The notes under the pieces were generated by a model. It saw nothing but the letters and a program-made list of their open reading frames with translations, made no database searches and was not told the DNA's origin. Positions 25,971 to 37,387 of a DNA stretch of 64,000 nucleotides are shown piece by piece (position 1 is the first letter of the stretch; every line of letters starts with the position of its first letter). The stretch comes from an uncultured Chloroflexia bacterium. GTDB taxonomy: Bacteria > Chloroflexota > Anaerolineae > Anaerolineales > UBA11858. Both the position numbers and the translations under genes were made by a program. The stretch lies in the NCBI GenBank assembly GCA_963712165.1, contig CAVQGY010000002.1, forward strand, positions 134,611-198,610, given 5' to 3'.

Positions 25971-27496
25971 GAGATCAACACCGCCAGTAAGGTTATAAAG
26001 CTGATCACCAGCAGCAGGACACAGATCACAGGTAAAAGCTTGCGCAAGATCTCACCTTCCCTGCCTTCCATTCCAGCCGTGCTGGCTCCCACAATCACTT
26101 TGGTAGGCGCCGCGACGGATCCCAGCGCACCACCGGTTGTTTGGGCAGCCAGGATGATTGCTGCTGGTAGTCCCAGGATTTCAGCTGTACGCTGCTGAAG
26201 GGCTGAGAATACAAGATTGGAATTGGCGTTGCTTCCCGTCATTACTGCCCCCAGGGCACCAATCCAGGGTGAAACTACAGGGTAGAACCAGCCAATTGCA
26301 CTCGAGAAACCCTGGGCCAGAGTATCTGTCATACCAGCATGTCCCATGATCACTGCCATCATCACGATCGAGGTAATGCCCACACTGGAGGAGATCACCC
26401 GCTGACCGGTGCTCTTTAGGATCCTGCTCAAAGCTCCATCCTCATACCAACCTGCGGCCCGGAAGATCAAAAAAGCTGCCAGGGACGAGATCAAGAGGAT
26501 CATGCCCGCATGTCTGAGGATATAAAGCTGGCGGCCAGGGCCAGCTGGCACCATAAAACCAGTCCCCGTGACCGTGGCTGGAAAGTCAAGACCGATCCGT
26601 ATCTGGCTGAGGAAAGTCTTTACACCTGGGACTAGTTGGATCACCAGGGTTAACCCTACCAGCACTCCGTAGCCAGCCAGGGAGATTAACAGCTCACGCC
26701 AAGGGATTTTGCCCTCAAACTGATGATCCTTACGCAGTACCCAGGCCAGGGGAATGCCAACAACCAGGCCCACACTTCCTCCTATCAAGCCGCCAATATT
26801 CCATAAACCTGACCTCACAGTCAGGTACTGAGCTGCAGACATACTAGTACCAATGATCAGGATAGGCAGCCAGAGCCGTGCCAAGGTTTTCCAACCCCCG
26901 GTCACCAGCGCCACAGACCCTCCAACCAGCACTCCGGTTATTCCCAGGAAAATGGCTGCCGGGCCAGCAAGGACTTCCCACCCCAATCCGGTCGCTGCCA
27001 TCATGGCATTAAAGGAAGCTCCAAGAGAACCAAAAGTCACCGCCCAGGTGTGGCCCAGCGAAGGTATAACCACGGCAAGCAGCGGAGAAAACCCCAGGCC
27101 TACCAGAATAGGGGCAATAACCGCAGTTGGTACACCAAAACCACCCACACCCTGCAAGAAAGAAGCAAAGATCCAGCCGATCAGCAAGGCTTGAAGACCT
27201 TTATCGCGTGTGAGCAGGGGCATGGTTCTACTTAAGACTTCGATCCCTCCCGCTTCAGCAACGACCCGGTAAAGTAGGAAGGCCGTCCAGATGATCAGCA
27301 ATACATCCATAATCAAAAATACCGACTTGGCGTGGGCATAGGCCAGAGTGGGCAAATTGATCTTGAACCATATCCAGGCGATCAGCAGGGCTGCCAGGTA
27401 GCCAGCCCCTCCAGCCTGGGAAGCTTTCCATCGAAAGCCTACCATCAGGATCAGGATGATAAGAATAGGAGCGAGCGCGAGAATGAACATGGACAC
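25967..27496 (-). CDS. L-lactate permease (LctP family)
   Basis: 509-aa polytopic membrane protein. The N-terminus ILALAPILIILILMVGFRWKASQAG is typical of the LctP/LldP family. Confidence 0.8.
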   Translation of the reverse strand: MSMFILALAPILIILILMVGFRWKASQAGGAGYLAALLIAWIWFKINLPTLAYAHAKSVFLIMDVLLIIWTAFLLYRVVAEAGGIEVLSRTMPLLTRDKGLQALLIGWIFASFLQGVGGFGVPTAVIAPILVGLGFSPLLAVVIPSLGHTWAVTFGSLGASFNAMMAATGLGWEVLAGPAAIFLGITGVLVGGSVALVTGGWKTLARLWLPILIIGTSMSAAQYLTVRSGLWNIGGLIGGSVGLVVGIPLAWVLRKDHQFEGKIPWRELLISLAGYGVLVGLTLVIQLVPGVKTFLSQIRIGLDFPATVTGTGFMVPAGPGRQLYILRHAGMILLISSLAAFLIFRAAGWYEDGALSRILKSTGQRVISSSVGITSIVMMAVIMGHAGMTDTLAQGFSSAIGWFYPVVSPWIGALGAVMTGSNANSNLVFSALQQRTAEILGLPAAIILAAQTTGGALGSVAAPTKVIVGASTAGMEGREGEILRKLLPVICVLLLVISFITLLAVLIS

Positions 27497-27604
27497 TGGT
27501 TTTATTGATTAAAAATTCAAACCTAATTGTAGCATGGATGAACAGGGAGGATTCAGGTTACCAGATCCCACGGCACTCCCGCTTGCAGCTGTAGGGCTCA
27601 ATGG

Positions 27605-28465
27605 TCAGGCGCCTGATAGGTTCTGATCCAAAAAATCAAGTACCGTGGCGGCCACCTGTTCCGGAGCTTCCAAAGGCAGCAAGTGCCCAACTGATGGGAT
27701 AGTCACCGCCTGGCCTCTCGGCAATCTCTGGGCGATCCGCTGCAGAGTCTTCTCACTCACTGTGTCGGACAATTCCCCCCGCAGAACCAGGACAGGACAC
27801 TCGACTCGCCCCAAATTCTTCCAGACATAGCGGTCCGCCGAACCGGCAGTCTCATACACTCGCCCTTCCCACTGAGGTGTATATTTCAGGCTGATCCTGC
27901 CGTTCTCCTCAGCCAAGGCCAACCCAGTGACATAATCTCTCAACACCAGGTCCGGGATAGCCGCGAAAATCGCTTTTTCGCGATAATTCTGAAACATGCT
28001 TTCCTTGTCTGGGAAACTGGTCCTTCGTCTCAGCGTTCTGCGGACCAGAGGGTGGAAATAGGGCAAAAGGTTTAACAGTGAAAAGCTCCGCATCAGGAAC
28101 CCCTTCCAAACAGGGAAAAGTGTGGGCTCAATCAGAACCAGAGCCCGGAATCTTCCCGGTTGCTCTATCGCTGCCATCAAGGATGTCATCCCTCCCAGGG
28201 AATGGCCCATACCAATCAAAGTCTCTCCCGCCTTGAGGTGAGATGGCAGGTCATTTAAATAATCATCCCGGAACAGCCTCCAATCATGAAGAGAATCTGG
28301 ATCAGCCCCCGGCCAGAATGGTCGCAAATAAACAGCCCTGGTCCGATAGGTATCCAGAAAGTGGTCCAGGAACGATCGGTAAGCCTCGGGCGGGTACCCA
28401 TTGGCATGCGCATACAGCAGCAAAGGACCCAAATCGCTCAGGACCAGAGGGTCAAGGCCTTTCAT
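27605..28465 (-). CDS. Alpha/beta-fold hydrolase
   Basis: 286 aa with nucleophile elbow GHSLGG and C-terminal VGHLLPLEAPE. Confidence 0.8.
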   Translation of the reverse strand: MKGLDPLVLSDLGPLLLYAHANGYPPEAYRSFLDHFLDTYRTRAVYLRPFWPGADPDSLHDWRLFRDDYLNDLPSHLKAGETLIGMGHSLGGMTSLMAAIEQPGRFRALVLIEPTLFPVWKGFLMRSFSLLNLLPYFHPLVRRTLRRRTSFPDKESMFQNYREKAIFAAIPDLVLRDYVTGLALAEENGRISLKYTPQWEGRVYETAGSADRYVWKNLGRVECPVLVLRGELSDTVSEKTLQRIAQRLPRGQAVTIPSVGHLLPLEAPEQVAATVLDFLDQNLSGA

Positions 28466-28682
28466 CGGTTCCTTCCCCCTTTTTTCTACCTGGGAATTGA
28501 AATGGATTCACCCGGTCTTTTTTACGCCTTCCTAGACGCTTGATCAGAAGTCCCAGGGCGATAAAACCTATCCCTCCTAGCAGGAACCTGTCCTCGTCTA
28601 CCAGAAAGGCAGAGGAGGAAAAGTAGATAACCTGGCACGCCAAGCCGATCACCAGACTACAGTTGCCCAGTTTCTTTATCAT
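28452..28682 (-). CDS. Small membrane protein, hypothetical
   Basis: 76 aa with two hydrophobic segments and a basic tail. It overlaps the downstream hydrolase start by 14 nt. Confidence 0.4.
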   Translation of the reverse strand: MIKKLGNCSLVIGLACQVIYFSSSAFLVDEDRFLLGGIGFIALGLLIKRLGRRKKDRVNPFQFPGRKKGEGTDERP

Positions 28683-28725
28683 TCATCCCCTGTAAATTGA
28701 ATTGAAATAATGGGGAAAAATACTA

Positions 28726-30150
28726 TCACTCTACATAATCCTCTAATTTGTAGGAAACTGTAGGACTGCGAAGTTTACGTAAAGCTGTGGCTTCAATCTG
28801 CCGGATCCTTTCCCGGGTAACATCAAAATATGCCCCAACTTCTTCGAGTGTATGGACCTTACCATCCATCAATCCGAAACGGAGTTCAAGGACCTGGCGC
28901 TCTCGGACCGAAAGGTTATCCAGTGCTTTGCCGAGTTGGTCCCGCATCATCTCTGCTGCTGTAGCCTCAATAGGTGAAGCAGCATCCTCATCCCGGATGA
29001 AATCCTCCAGCTGGTTGTCATCCTCATCGCCAACCGGCCTGTCCAGGGACATGGGATCTTCCGCTGCGCGCAAATAGCGGTGAACTTTGGCGGTTGCTTC
29101 GCGCCAGTTGCGCAGCAGTTCTGGTGGAAGAGCTTCCTCCCGCTCCTCCTGAAGATGTTCCTTGATGGCTTTTTTATCCTTTCGGGAAAGATAATCGGTC
29201 TCCAGGGCTATTTCCTTTAATGTTGGCTCGTGTTCCAATTCCTGGGTCAATCTCCGGCGGATCCTGAGCAGTTGGGTCACGGTTTCGAAGACATGCACGG
29301 GAATGCGGATGGTCCTGGCCTGATCGGCAATGGACCTGCTGACAGACTGGCGGATCCACCAGGTAGCATAGGTACTGAATTTAAAACCCCGGGTGGGGTC
29401 GAATTTAGATACTGCCCTCAGAAGCCCGACATTGCCTTCCTGGATCAGGTCAAGGAAGGAATTACCCCGGCCAATATAATGTTTGGCGACACTGACCACT
29501 AATTTTAGATTGCGCTGGATCAGGGCTTGATAGGCTTCATAATACCGACTCCAGAGATCTTCGATCTCTATTCTTAATACCTCCTCATCAGGCAGCTGAT
29601 CCTGGAATTTCTTTAGAGGGGGCAGGCTGTTCTTGTCCAGCAGCCAGGGCTTAAGCCAGTCAGCCACAGGGTCCGGGAAAGAATAAAATGAGACAAAGAA
29701 GTGGAAAATGTTCCGGGCCACACAACCCCATTCCTCATTTTCTCCCCACAGGCCATTGTCAAGGTATTCACGGGTATAGGAGGGTGGATCAAGGTGCCAC
29801 TTCTTCCGCAGTTCCCGGGATTCATTAAAAATGGCTTCCCAATCCGGACACTCCATTTTCAACCGCTTCGCGTCTTCCCGTATGCGGCGGTAGATCACCA
29901 CCAGGTCTCCATAGATTGCAGAATAAAGATCAAAATCGGAAGGGTTTTCCATCTCCACCAGGGGTTGCTCATGTTTCAAGCGGTCCATCCGTCGGGTGGA
30001 AAGCAGACGCGCACCCAGCCAGAACTCCTGGTGCACATCCAGCAGATCGATGGTCCCGATATCATTCAGGTACATCTGAACTGGGTCGTCCCGGTGGGCA
30101 GCCCTGATATTTGCGCCTTCCTGTTCTGGATTCGTATGTTCGTTCTGCAT
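28726..30150 (-). CDS. rpoD: RNA polymerase sigma factor, RpoD/SigA type
   Basis: 474 aa with region 2 ([37 protein letters not shown]) and region 4.2 ([28 protein letters not shown]). It lies directly downstream of dnaG. Confidence 0.9.
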   Translation of the reverse strand: MQNEHTNPEQEGANIRAAHRDDPVQMYLNDIGTIDLLDVHQEFWLGARLLSTRRMDRLKHEQPLVEMENPSDFDLYSAIYGDLVVIYRRIREDAKRLKMECPDWEAIFNESRELRKKWHLDPPSYTREYLDNGLWGENEEWGCVARNIFHFFVSFYSFPDPVADWLKPWLLDKNSLPPLKKFQDQLPDEEVLRIEIEDLWSRYYEAYQALIQRNLKLVVSVAKHYIGRGNSFLDLIQEGNVGLLRAVSKFDPTRGFKFSTYATWWIRQSVSRSIADQARTIRIPVHVFETVTQLLRIRRRLTQELEHEPTLKEIALETDYLSRKDKKAIKEHLQEEREEALPPELLRNWREATAKVHRYLRAAEDPMSLDRPVGDEDDNQLEDFIRDEDAASPIEATAAEMMRDQLGKALDNLSVRERQVLELRFGLMDGKVHTLEEVGAYFDVTRERIRQIEATALRKLRSPTVSYKLEDYVE

Positions 30151-30219
30151 TGGCTTTCACCCCAAATAGGTCAGTAAAAGCTGTGATTTATAACATACTC
30201 AATATTGGCCTTTTCATCC

Positions 30220-32151
30220 TCAGGAATCAAAGGTCGAAGTCCGGCTGGTGTAGCGCTTCATCGCTTTATCTATTTTATGCTTTTCCTGCAAATAGTGGGA
30301 GATATTTCCGTGATGTTCTGCGGCTTTGTAATCACCATTTTCATGGTCCCGCTCCTGCAGGAAGCGGTAGTGGTCATTATGTTTGGCAATTTGCCATTTC
30401 CGCAAATTCAGAAAAGCTCGCATCAGGTCTTCCAGGACTTTGTCAGAGTTCGAAGCCAGGTCACCTGTCATCACCAGCAGCTCATCGACAATTTCTTCGA
30501 AGTTTTCGGGCAGATGAGCGATGATATAATCGCGCGGTTCTTCCTCCGCCTGAGCCAGAGCATCCTTGATAATTCTGATCAGGATCTGGAAATTTGCATT
30601 CTGAAAATCCTTCTCGTCGAATCGTGCTAATCCATCCCGGCTGAGAGCCCGATCGACCTTGTAGATCAATTCCGGTTCACGCAGCAGGATGCCCACACAA
30701 TGTTTTTCATACATCTCCCCGTCCCGGCGGATCTTCTTCTGGGCAGGGGGTTGCTGGGCCTGGATAGCCCCTCCCCGGGTCAAGGACACCGGGCGTCTTC
30801 TTTTCCGTTCAGGACGAAAGCGAAGCAGGGCATTCTCGTTGATTTCCAGCAGGCGGGAAAGTCGCTGGGTATATACATCCCTTTCGATCGAATTTGGCAG
30901 ATCATCGATCAATGGAAGCACCTGGGTGGCAATGGCGCTTTTTACTTTGGGATCATCCAGGTCTTGATCCCTGGCCAGGGCATCCATAACATGCACTACC
31001 ACCGGGCGGGCTTTTTCGATGAGAGATCTCCACAATTCCGGATCCTGATTGGTGACATCGTCGGGGTCCATCCCTGGCGGCAGGGTTAACACACGGATAT
31101 CCGCATTCAGACGGCCTTCCTGCTGAAGAAGTCCACGAGCGTCAAATGCCATTTCCTGAGTGCGGTCCAGCGCTTCGCGTGCGATCTGTAAACCGCGCAG
31201 GGTAGCTTTTTGTCCAGCAGCATCGCTGTCCATAGCAATGATGAATTTATCTGTATACTTCTTGAGCACTCTCAGCTGGTATTCGGTGAGGGCCGTTCCC
31301 ATCTGGGCAACGATATTCCGGAAGCCATACTGGTAAGGGCCGATCACGCCCATATATCCTTCCACGATCACCACCTGATCCAGGTCCCGAATCGGTTTGC
31401 GGGCGGCATCCAGTCCAAAGAGCAGGCGGCTTTTATCAAATACAGCCGTTTGGGGTGAGTTGAGATACTTGGGCATATCCTCAGGGTCGAGTGCCCGAGC
31501 CCCAAAACCAGCCATAGCGCCGTTCCGGTTCCGGATGGGGATCATTAAACGGTGGCGGAAGCGGTCATAGACTCCCCCATCATCCTTTACTGAGACCAGC
31601 CCTGCCTCCTTAATCTCGTCCAGGCTGAATCCCTTCTCCCGAAGATGGTTCAGAGAGGATTCCCAGGAATTCGGGGAATACCCCAACCCGAAAACCTCTC
31701 CTGTTTCTTCATTAAGGCCTCGTTTATGAAGATAATCCCGGGCCATCTCTCCCCCCGGGGTTTCCAGCAGGCAGTAGCGGTAAAACGATACCGCCTCTTC
31801 CAGCAGGGAACGAACGCGTTCTCCGGCTTCTTTCTCTTGCTGGGCTTCTGGTGTGAGAGTTTTTAGCTGCACGCCTGCGCGTTCAGCCAGTTCCCGGAGA
31901 GCTTCAGCAAAGTCCCAGCCCTCCCTTTTCATCACATAGCTGAATACATCTCCCCCTTCATCACATTCTCCGAAACATTTCCAGGTTTGTGTATCAGGGA
32001 AGACCACAAAGGATGGTGTGTTCACATTATGGTGAAAAGGACAGAAACCAGAATAGTTTCGCCCTGCCCGCCGCAGTTCGACACTCTCTGACACCAGGTC
32101 AACGATATCAATCCGGTCTTTGATCTCGTCAGTCACGCTCATAGATTGCAC
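30220..32151 (-). CDS. dnaG: DNA primase
   Basis: 643 aa with zinc finger [26 protein letters not shown] and TOPRIM motifs [10 protein letters not shown] and [12 protein letters not shown]. Confidence 0.95.
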   Translation of the reverse strand: [643 protein letters not shown]

Positions 32152-32202
32152 CAGTTTAAATGGGTTCAGAACAGATTATACCAAGTGGAATTGGGGATAC
32201 CG

Positions 32203-32245
32203 GTAAAATATCCATCCCTATTGAATCTGTAAACCAGGGATGGAT
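32203..32245 (-). terminator. Hairpin/terminator downstream of glyQS
   Basis: A 10-bp stem, ATCCATCCCT/AGGGATGGAT (32210-32219 and 32236-32245), is followed on the minus strand by ATTTTA. Confidence 0.45.
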
Positions 32246-32271
32246 CCTATTTTGGCTTAACAGCAGGCCGG

Positions 32272-35200
32272 CTAAAAACCTTCTAGCCTGGTCATATCCA
32301 GGACTCCCTCAGCTAGTCCGGATATTTCCTGCAGCAATCCGAGGCGGTTCTCCCGGGTCTTCTGGTCCTCATCCATAACCAGCACGTTATCAAAGAAATC
32401 CGTGATCAGAGGAACCAGGGGTGTAAAGATCGCAAAAAATCCTTCCAGGTCACCGGGAGTTATCTTGGACTGGCGAGCTTTTGTTAAGCTCTCACCCAAA
32501 TCCGCCTCTGCTTTTTCAATGAATCTGGCCGGATCAACCGAATATCTTTTTTCAAGATCCCTGGTAATCCTCACACAGCGGGCAAACGAATCCAGTGTGA
32601 GATCCCAGTCATCCTTTTTAACCCATTCAGCGAGGGATTTTACCGCCCGAAAAGCGCTGGCTGGGTTATACCCTTGTGCACTCACTATCGCATCAACCAC
32701 ATCATAGGCATACCCTTCATCTCGAAGGTAGTTATGCAATCGGTCCTGGATGAATCCCAAGCAGTCCTCTCTGGTTTCTGGAGAGAAATCGATGGGCAGG
32801 TTGAGAGCCGCGGCGTCCAGCGCCGAGGACAGGTCCAGATCCAGATCCCAATGAATGAGATTACCCACCAAACCCAGTGCCGCTCGGCGTTGAGCAAAAG
32901 GATCTTTGCTGCCTGTGGGTGCCAGGCCGGCAGCGAATAATCCTGCCAGGGAATCCAGGCGGTCAGCCAAACCCACGACCAGTCCGGGCAGGGTCGATGG
33001 CGCCGGGTCATTCGCGGAAGAGGGCAGATACTGTTCCCGGATAGCCAGGGCAACAGATTCTTGTTCACCTGAACTTCGGGCATAATAATATCCCATTACT
33101 CCCTGGAGAGAAGTCATTTCAACTACCATCTGGGTAGCCAGATCTGCTTTGGATAGTTCAGCTGCCCGGCGGCTGGTCTCCAGATCTCCCTCTGCCAGGC
33201 CAACCAGGTCAGCGAGTTTATCCACTAGACCCCGCACACGTTTGGTTTTATCACCCATCGATCCCAGGTCAACCTGGAAGGTGAGGGTATCAAGAGCTGG
33301 CAGGTAATCCGCCAGGGGTTTTTCACGATCAGCTTTCACGAAGTATTTCGCATCTGCGAAGCGAGCCAGGATGACATCCGTGTTACCTTGCGTGATCAGG
33401 GGCAGCTGGGGATATTTACCTTCCGGGGATGGTTTATTGGCAATGGTAATAAAATAAGGAAGCAGCGCTCCATCCTTCTCGACCGGGAAATAGCGCTGAT
33501 GCTTTTTCATCACCGAGATCAATACCTCCCGGGGAAGGTCCAGGAAAGCGGGATCAAACTCACCCAGCAGCGCAGTAGGAGCTTCCACCAGGTGGGTCAC
33601 TTCTTCCAATAAGGCTGGATCCTCGGGCACCTCACCACCAACCTTCCCGGCAAGGTGCTGGACATCTTTGAGAATCCTTTGGCGGCGTATATCCTGGTCC
33701 AGGAGGATCCCTTGTTTATCCAGGATCTTAAAGTAATCCTTCGGGGAGGAAACCTCAATATCAGCTCCGTTATCAATGAAGCGCAGGCCTCGTGTATACG
33801 GTCCGGCTTTTAAACCAGCATAGGTGAACGGGATCCAGGAACCCCCATGCAGCGCCAGCAACCAGCGAATGGGTCGTGAAAAGGCCAACTTGGGATCATT
33901 CCAGCGCATGGATTGCCCAAAACGGACAGACCCTATCAAATCCGAAAGCGCACCCATCAAAACCTCATGGGCAGGCAATCCGGCTTTACGTTCCACGGCA
34001 ACCACATATTCTCCGCCGTCAATTTCCTTGACTTCCAGGTCCTCCAGGGATACTCCCTTGGATTTCGCAAAGCCTTCAGCAGCCTTGGTGGGCTGGCCGC
34101 CTTCATCAAAAGCCCTTTCCCGGGGAGGTCCCTTCACCAGCTGCTCGAGATCCTCTTGCTGATGGGCTAATCCGTCCAGGGATAATACCAGCCGGCGGGG
34201 GGTGGCCATCACCCTCAGATTCTCATAAGACAGACGCAGATCAGAGAACATGGCCGGGGCTGCCTGTGTTAGCTGGCGGATCGCATCCTCTACATCCCCC
34301 GAAGGTAATTCCTCAGTGCCGATCTCCAATAAGAAATGCGACGGTGTAGTGGGAGCTTTTCCGGTCGATGCTCCTGTGGTTTTGGCAGCGGCGTCATCTC
34401 CGCTCCCCAGCCAGGGATATTCTAGTTCCATGCGCTCATCCAGATAGGCCTCCGCGACCTGCTTGGAAAGGTCCCGCATGCGGTGGAAGAAACCTGCCCG
34501 TTCAGTCACACCTACAGCACCGCGCGTGTCCAATAGGTTAAAGGTGTGGGAACACTTAAGCACAAAATCATGAGCTGGAAGGGTTTGCTTCATTTCCAGG
34601 CAGCGGAGAGCCTCGCTCTCATAGATTCTGTATAACTCCCGCATATGATCAACATCTGCCAGCTCAAAGGCATATTTACTGAACTGCTGTTCACTTTGCA
34701 GCTGGACATCCCCGTATTTGATATCCTTGGACCAGCGGATATCCTTAAAATCTCGTACTCCTTGCAGCGCCATCGCAATCCGTTCCAATCCGTAGGTGAG
34801 CTCCACAGAAACCGGATCCAACGCCTGGCCTCCGGACTGCTGGAAATAGGTGAATTGAGTGATTTCCAGGCCATTGAGCCAAACTTCCCAGCCCAGCCCC
34901 CAGGCACCCAGAGCGGGGGATTTCCAGTTATCCTCCACAAACCGGATGTCATGTTCAACCGGGTCTATGCCCATAGCTTCCAGGGATCTTAAATACAGCT
35001 CCTGGGGATTGCCAGGATCCGGTTTAAGGATGACCTGGTATTGTGTGTGTTGATAAAAGCGGTTGGGATTTTCACCGTACCGTCCGTCATCCGGCCGGAT
35101 GGAGGGTTCCACGTAGCCAACATTCCAGGGCTCTGGACCCAGTACTCGCAGGGAGGTGGCCGGGTTCATCGTCCCGGCACCGACCTCAGTGTGATAAGGA

Positions 35201-35280
35201 TGCCAGATCAGGCAGCCATTATCCGCCCAGAATTTTTCCAGGGCCATAATGAGAGATTGGAAATCCAGCGCTTCTGTCAT
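32272..35280 (-). CDS. glyQS: Glycine--tRNA ligase, fused alpha-beta (GlyQS) polypeptide
   Basis: This 1002-aa single ORF has a GlyQ-like N-terminus ([24 protein letters not shown]...[12 protein letters not shown]). It continues without a stop into a GlyS-like beta part. Confidence 0.95.
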   Translation of the reverse strand: MTEALDFQSLIMALEKFWADNGCLIWHPYHTEVGAGTMNPATSLRVLGPEPWNVGYVEPSIRPDDGRYGENPNRFYQHTQYQVILKPDPGNPQELYLRSLEAMGIDPVEHDIRFVEDNWKSPALGAWGLGWEVWLNGLEITQFTYFQQSGGQALDPVSVELTYGLERIAMALQGVRDFKDIRWSKDIKYGDVQLQSEQQFSKYAFELADVDHMRELYRIYESEALRCLEMKQTLPAHDFVLKCSHTFNLLDTRGAVGVTERAGFFHRMRDLSKQVAEAYLDERMELEYPWLGSGDDAAAKTTGASTGKAPTTPSHFLLEIGTEELPSGDVEDAIRQLTQAAPAMFSDLRLSYENLRVMATPRRLVLSLDGLAHQQEDLEQLVKGPPRERAFDEGGQPTKAAEGFAKSKGVSLEDLEVKEIDGGEYVVAVERKAGLPAHEVLMGALSDLIGSVRFGQSMRWNDPKLAFSRPIRWLLALHGGSWIPFTYAGLKAGPYTRGLRFIDNGADIEVSSPKDYFKILDKQGILLDQDIRRQRILKDVQHLAGKVGGEVPEDPALLEEVTHLVEAPTALLGEFDPAFLDLPREVLISVMKKHQRYFPVEKDGALLPYFITIANKPSPEGKYPQLPLITQGNTDVILARFADAKYFVKADREKPLADYLPALDTLTFQVDLGSMGDKTKRVRGLVDKLADLVGLAEGDLETSRRAAELSKADLATQMVVEMTSLQGVMGYYYARSSGEQESVALAIREQYLPSSANDPAPSTLPGLVVGLADRLDSLAGLFAAGLAPTGSKDPFAQRRAALGLVGNLIHWDLDLDLSSALDAAALNLPIDFSPETREDCLGFIQDRLHNYLRDEGYAYDVVDAIVSAQGYNPASAFRAVKSLAEWVKKDDWDLTLDSFARCVRITRDLEKRYSVDPARFIEKAEADLGESLTKARQSKITPGDLEGFFAIFTPLVPLITDFFDNVLVMDEDQKTRENRLGLLQEISGLAEGVLDMTRLEGF

Positions 35281-35330
35281 AAATACTCCTGCCTTAGAAG
35301 TGAAACCTCAAACAAAATACTCATCACGAA

Positions 35331-35339
35331 ATTATAACA
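35331..35339 (-). promoter_or_regulatory. Candidate extended -10 (TGTTATAAT) for glyQS
   Basis: A TGnTATAAT match on the minus strand lies about 50 nt upstream of the glyQS ATG, implying only a short leader. Confidence 0.4.
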
Positions 35340-35431
35340 TGGGGGTAATCTCAGTTTATGGGAGAGACAGAGTGACATTTAGACCGGGAGATGAGGAAAA
35401 TTGGATACATCATTCAGTATTCCAATCAATC

Positions 35432-35456
35432 GTAGGGGCGACCTGCCAGGTCGCCC
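35432..35456. repeat. GTAGGGGCGACC...GGTCGCCC hairpin repeat
   Basis: An 8-bp stem, GGGCGACC/GGTCGCCC, has loop TGCCA. A related longer copy lies at 43059-43106. It is followed by a GTCATTGCGAGGA-type element (35463-35505). Confidence 0.7.
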
Positions 35457-35606
35457 GATCATGTCATTGCGAGGAATCGATCAGAGGATTGTGACGCAAT
35501 AATCCCATGGTCTCCCGGTCACAGAGTCCCCACTTCCCCTGACTTAATGTATAATGCCTAACTCAGCAATTATTAACCTAACCATTTATAGAAAAGTGAG
35601 TTTAAC

Positions 35607-37379
35607 ATGACAACCTATCAACAGGAACGCTGGAGTTTGGACGCCCTTTTTCCGGGGCACGAGACCAAGGAATTCAAGGACGCGATGAGTGGCCTGGAAA
35701 GTGGCATTGATTCCTTTGAACAGCACCGCTCCGAGTTAGATGTAGAGATCGATGAAAAGGACTTCCTGGACATTGTCTCTGAATTGGAGGAAATCAATAC
35801 CCAGAGCAATCGTCTGTATGGTTTTGCGGGTTTGTGGTTCGCCGCAGATACCCAGAACCAGGACGCCCAGGCTCTTCAGGCCCGGATCGAGCAGTTTTTG
35901 GTCGGCCTTCAAAATAAGACCCTTTTCTTCAGTTTGTGGTGGAAACAATTGGACCAGGCTACAGCTGACAGGCTGATGGCCGCATCAGGGGACCTGAAAT
36001 ACTGGTTGGAGGAAATGCGCCACTACACTCCTCATACCCTTTCGGAACCGGAAGAGAAGGTCATCAATATCAAAAATGTCACCGGATTCAGCGCCCTGAT
36101 CACCCTCTACGACTCGATCACTAACCGCTACAGTTTCAAGGTGGAGATTGATGGGGAAGTCAGGGATATGACCCGGGGCGAGCTGATGGTCTACGCCCGC
36201 CACCATGATCCCGATCTGCGGGCTGCCATCTACCAGGAGCTGTACAAGGTCTATGGCGACGACGGACCTATCCTGGGACAGATCTACCAGACAGTGGTGC
36301 GGGATTGGGCCAATGAGAATATTGACCTGCGCAAGTACCAGAGCCCAATTGCAGTACGCAACCTGCGTAATGACATACCGGATAAAGCCGTGGATGCCTT
36401 GCTGGGTGTATGTGAAAAGAATACCCCTGTTTTCCAGCGCTTCTTTAACCTCAAAGCCAAATGGATCAATACCGACCAGCTGCGCCGCTACGATATCTAC
36501 GCACCGGTTGCCCAGGCTGATAAGACTTATACCTACCAGGAAGGTGTGGACATGGTCTTGGACGCCTTCGGAAATTTTGAACCCCGGATCGGCCAGCTGG
36601 CTGAAAAGATCATCGCCGACGGCCATGTTGACAGCGAGGTTCGTAAAGGTAAACGCGGTGGTGCGTTCTGCTGGTCGGTAGACAAATCCCTTTCCCCCTG
36701 GGTGCTTTTGAATTACCAGGGCACCGCGGATTCTGTGGCTACCATGGCCCACGAGCTGGGACACGGCATCCATGCCCTTCTGGCCCAGGACCACAGCGTT
36801 TTCACCTACCACTCATCCCTGCCGCTGGCGGAAAACGCCTCCACTTTTGGAGAGATGCTGTTGATCGATAAACTGCTCTCAGAGGAAGCAGACCCGGCTG
36901 TACGGCGGGATATCCTCTTTAAACAAGTCGATGACGCCTACGCTACCATTATGCGCCAATCCTTCTTTGCTCTCTTTGAACGGGAAGCTCATCAAATGAT
37001 CCGGGATGGAGCTATCATCGATGACCTTTCCGAGATGTATCTGAAGAACCTCCAGAAGCAGTTTGGTGACGCGGTTTCGGTCAGTGATGAATTCCGCTGG
37101 GAGTGGGTATCCATCCCCCACTTCCTCCATACACCTTTTTACGTCTATGCCTACGCCTTTGGACAGCTGCTGGTATTCTCTCTCTACCAACGTTTTAAGC
37201 AGGAAGGTGAGAGCTTTAAACCCGGTTATATCAAGATCCTGGAAGCTGGCGGCTCCCAGGCACCCGCTGAGATCCTCTCTGGAGCTGGCATCGATATCAA
37301 CAGCCAGGATTTCTGGCAGGGCGGATTTGATGTGATAGACGGAATGGTGAAAGAACTGGAGGAATTGCCGATCGAGTAG
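35607..37379 (+). CDS. pepF: Oligoendopeptidase F family (M3B) metallopeptidase
   Basis: 590 aa with zinc motif HELGHGIH. A TATAAT box lies at 35550-35555 upstream. Confidence 0.9.
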   Translation: MTTYQQERWSLDALFPGHETKEFKDAMSGLESGIDSFEQHRSELDVEIDEKDFLDIVSELEEINTQSNRLYGFAGLWFAADTQNQDAQALQARIEQFLVGLQNKTLFFSLWWKQLDQATADRLMAASGDLKYWLEEMRHYTPHTLSEPEEKVINIKNVTGFSALITLYDSITNRYSFKVEIDGEVRDMTRGELMVYARHHDPDLRAAIYQELYKVYGDDGPILGQIYQTVVRDWANENIDLRKYQSPIAVRNLRNDIPDKAVDALLGVCEKNTPVFQRFFNLKAKWINTDQLRRYDIYAPVAQADKTYTYQEGVDMVLDAFGNFEPRIGQLAEKIIADGHVDSEVRKGKRGGAFCWSVDKSLSPWVLLNYQGTADSVATMAHELGHGIHALLAQDHSVFTYHSSLPLAENASTFGEMLLIDKLLSEEADPAVRRDILFKQVDDAYATIMRQSFFALFEREAHQMIRDGAIIDDLSEMYLKNLQKQFGDAVSVSDEFRWEWVSIPHFLHTPFYVYAYAFGQLLVFSLYQRFKQEGESFKPGYIKILEAGGSQAPAEILSGAGIDINSQDFWQGGFDVIDGMVKELEELPIE

Positions 37380-37387
37380 CTATTCGT

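Noticed and set aside
35985-36812. 275-aa antisense ORF inside pepF. Similar long shadow ORFs include 933..1442, 2876..3586, 7236..7880, 11112..11810, 13353..13982, 22363..22896, 23922..24494, 25259..25810, 43710..44180, 46167..46700, 51556..52086, 53551..54199 and 57530..58099.
   Set aside because: Each lies entirely within, and antisense or out of frame to, a gene with clear family motifs. None shows recognisable motifs or a ribosome-binding site.
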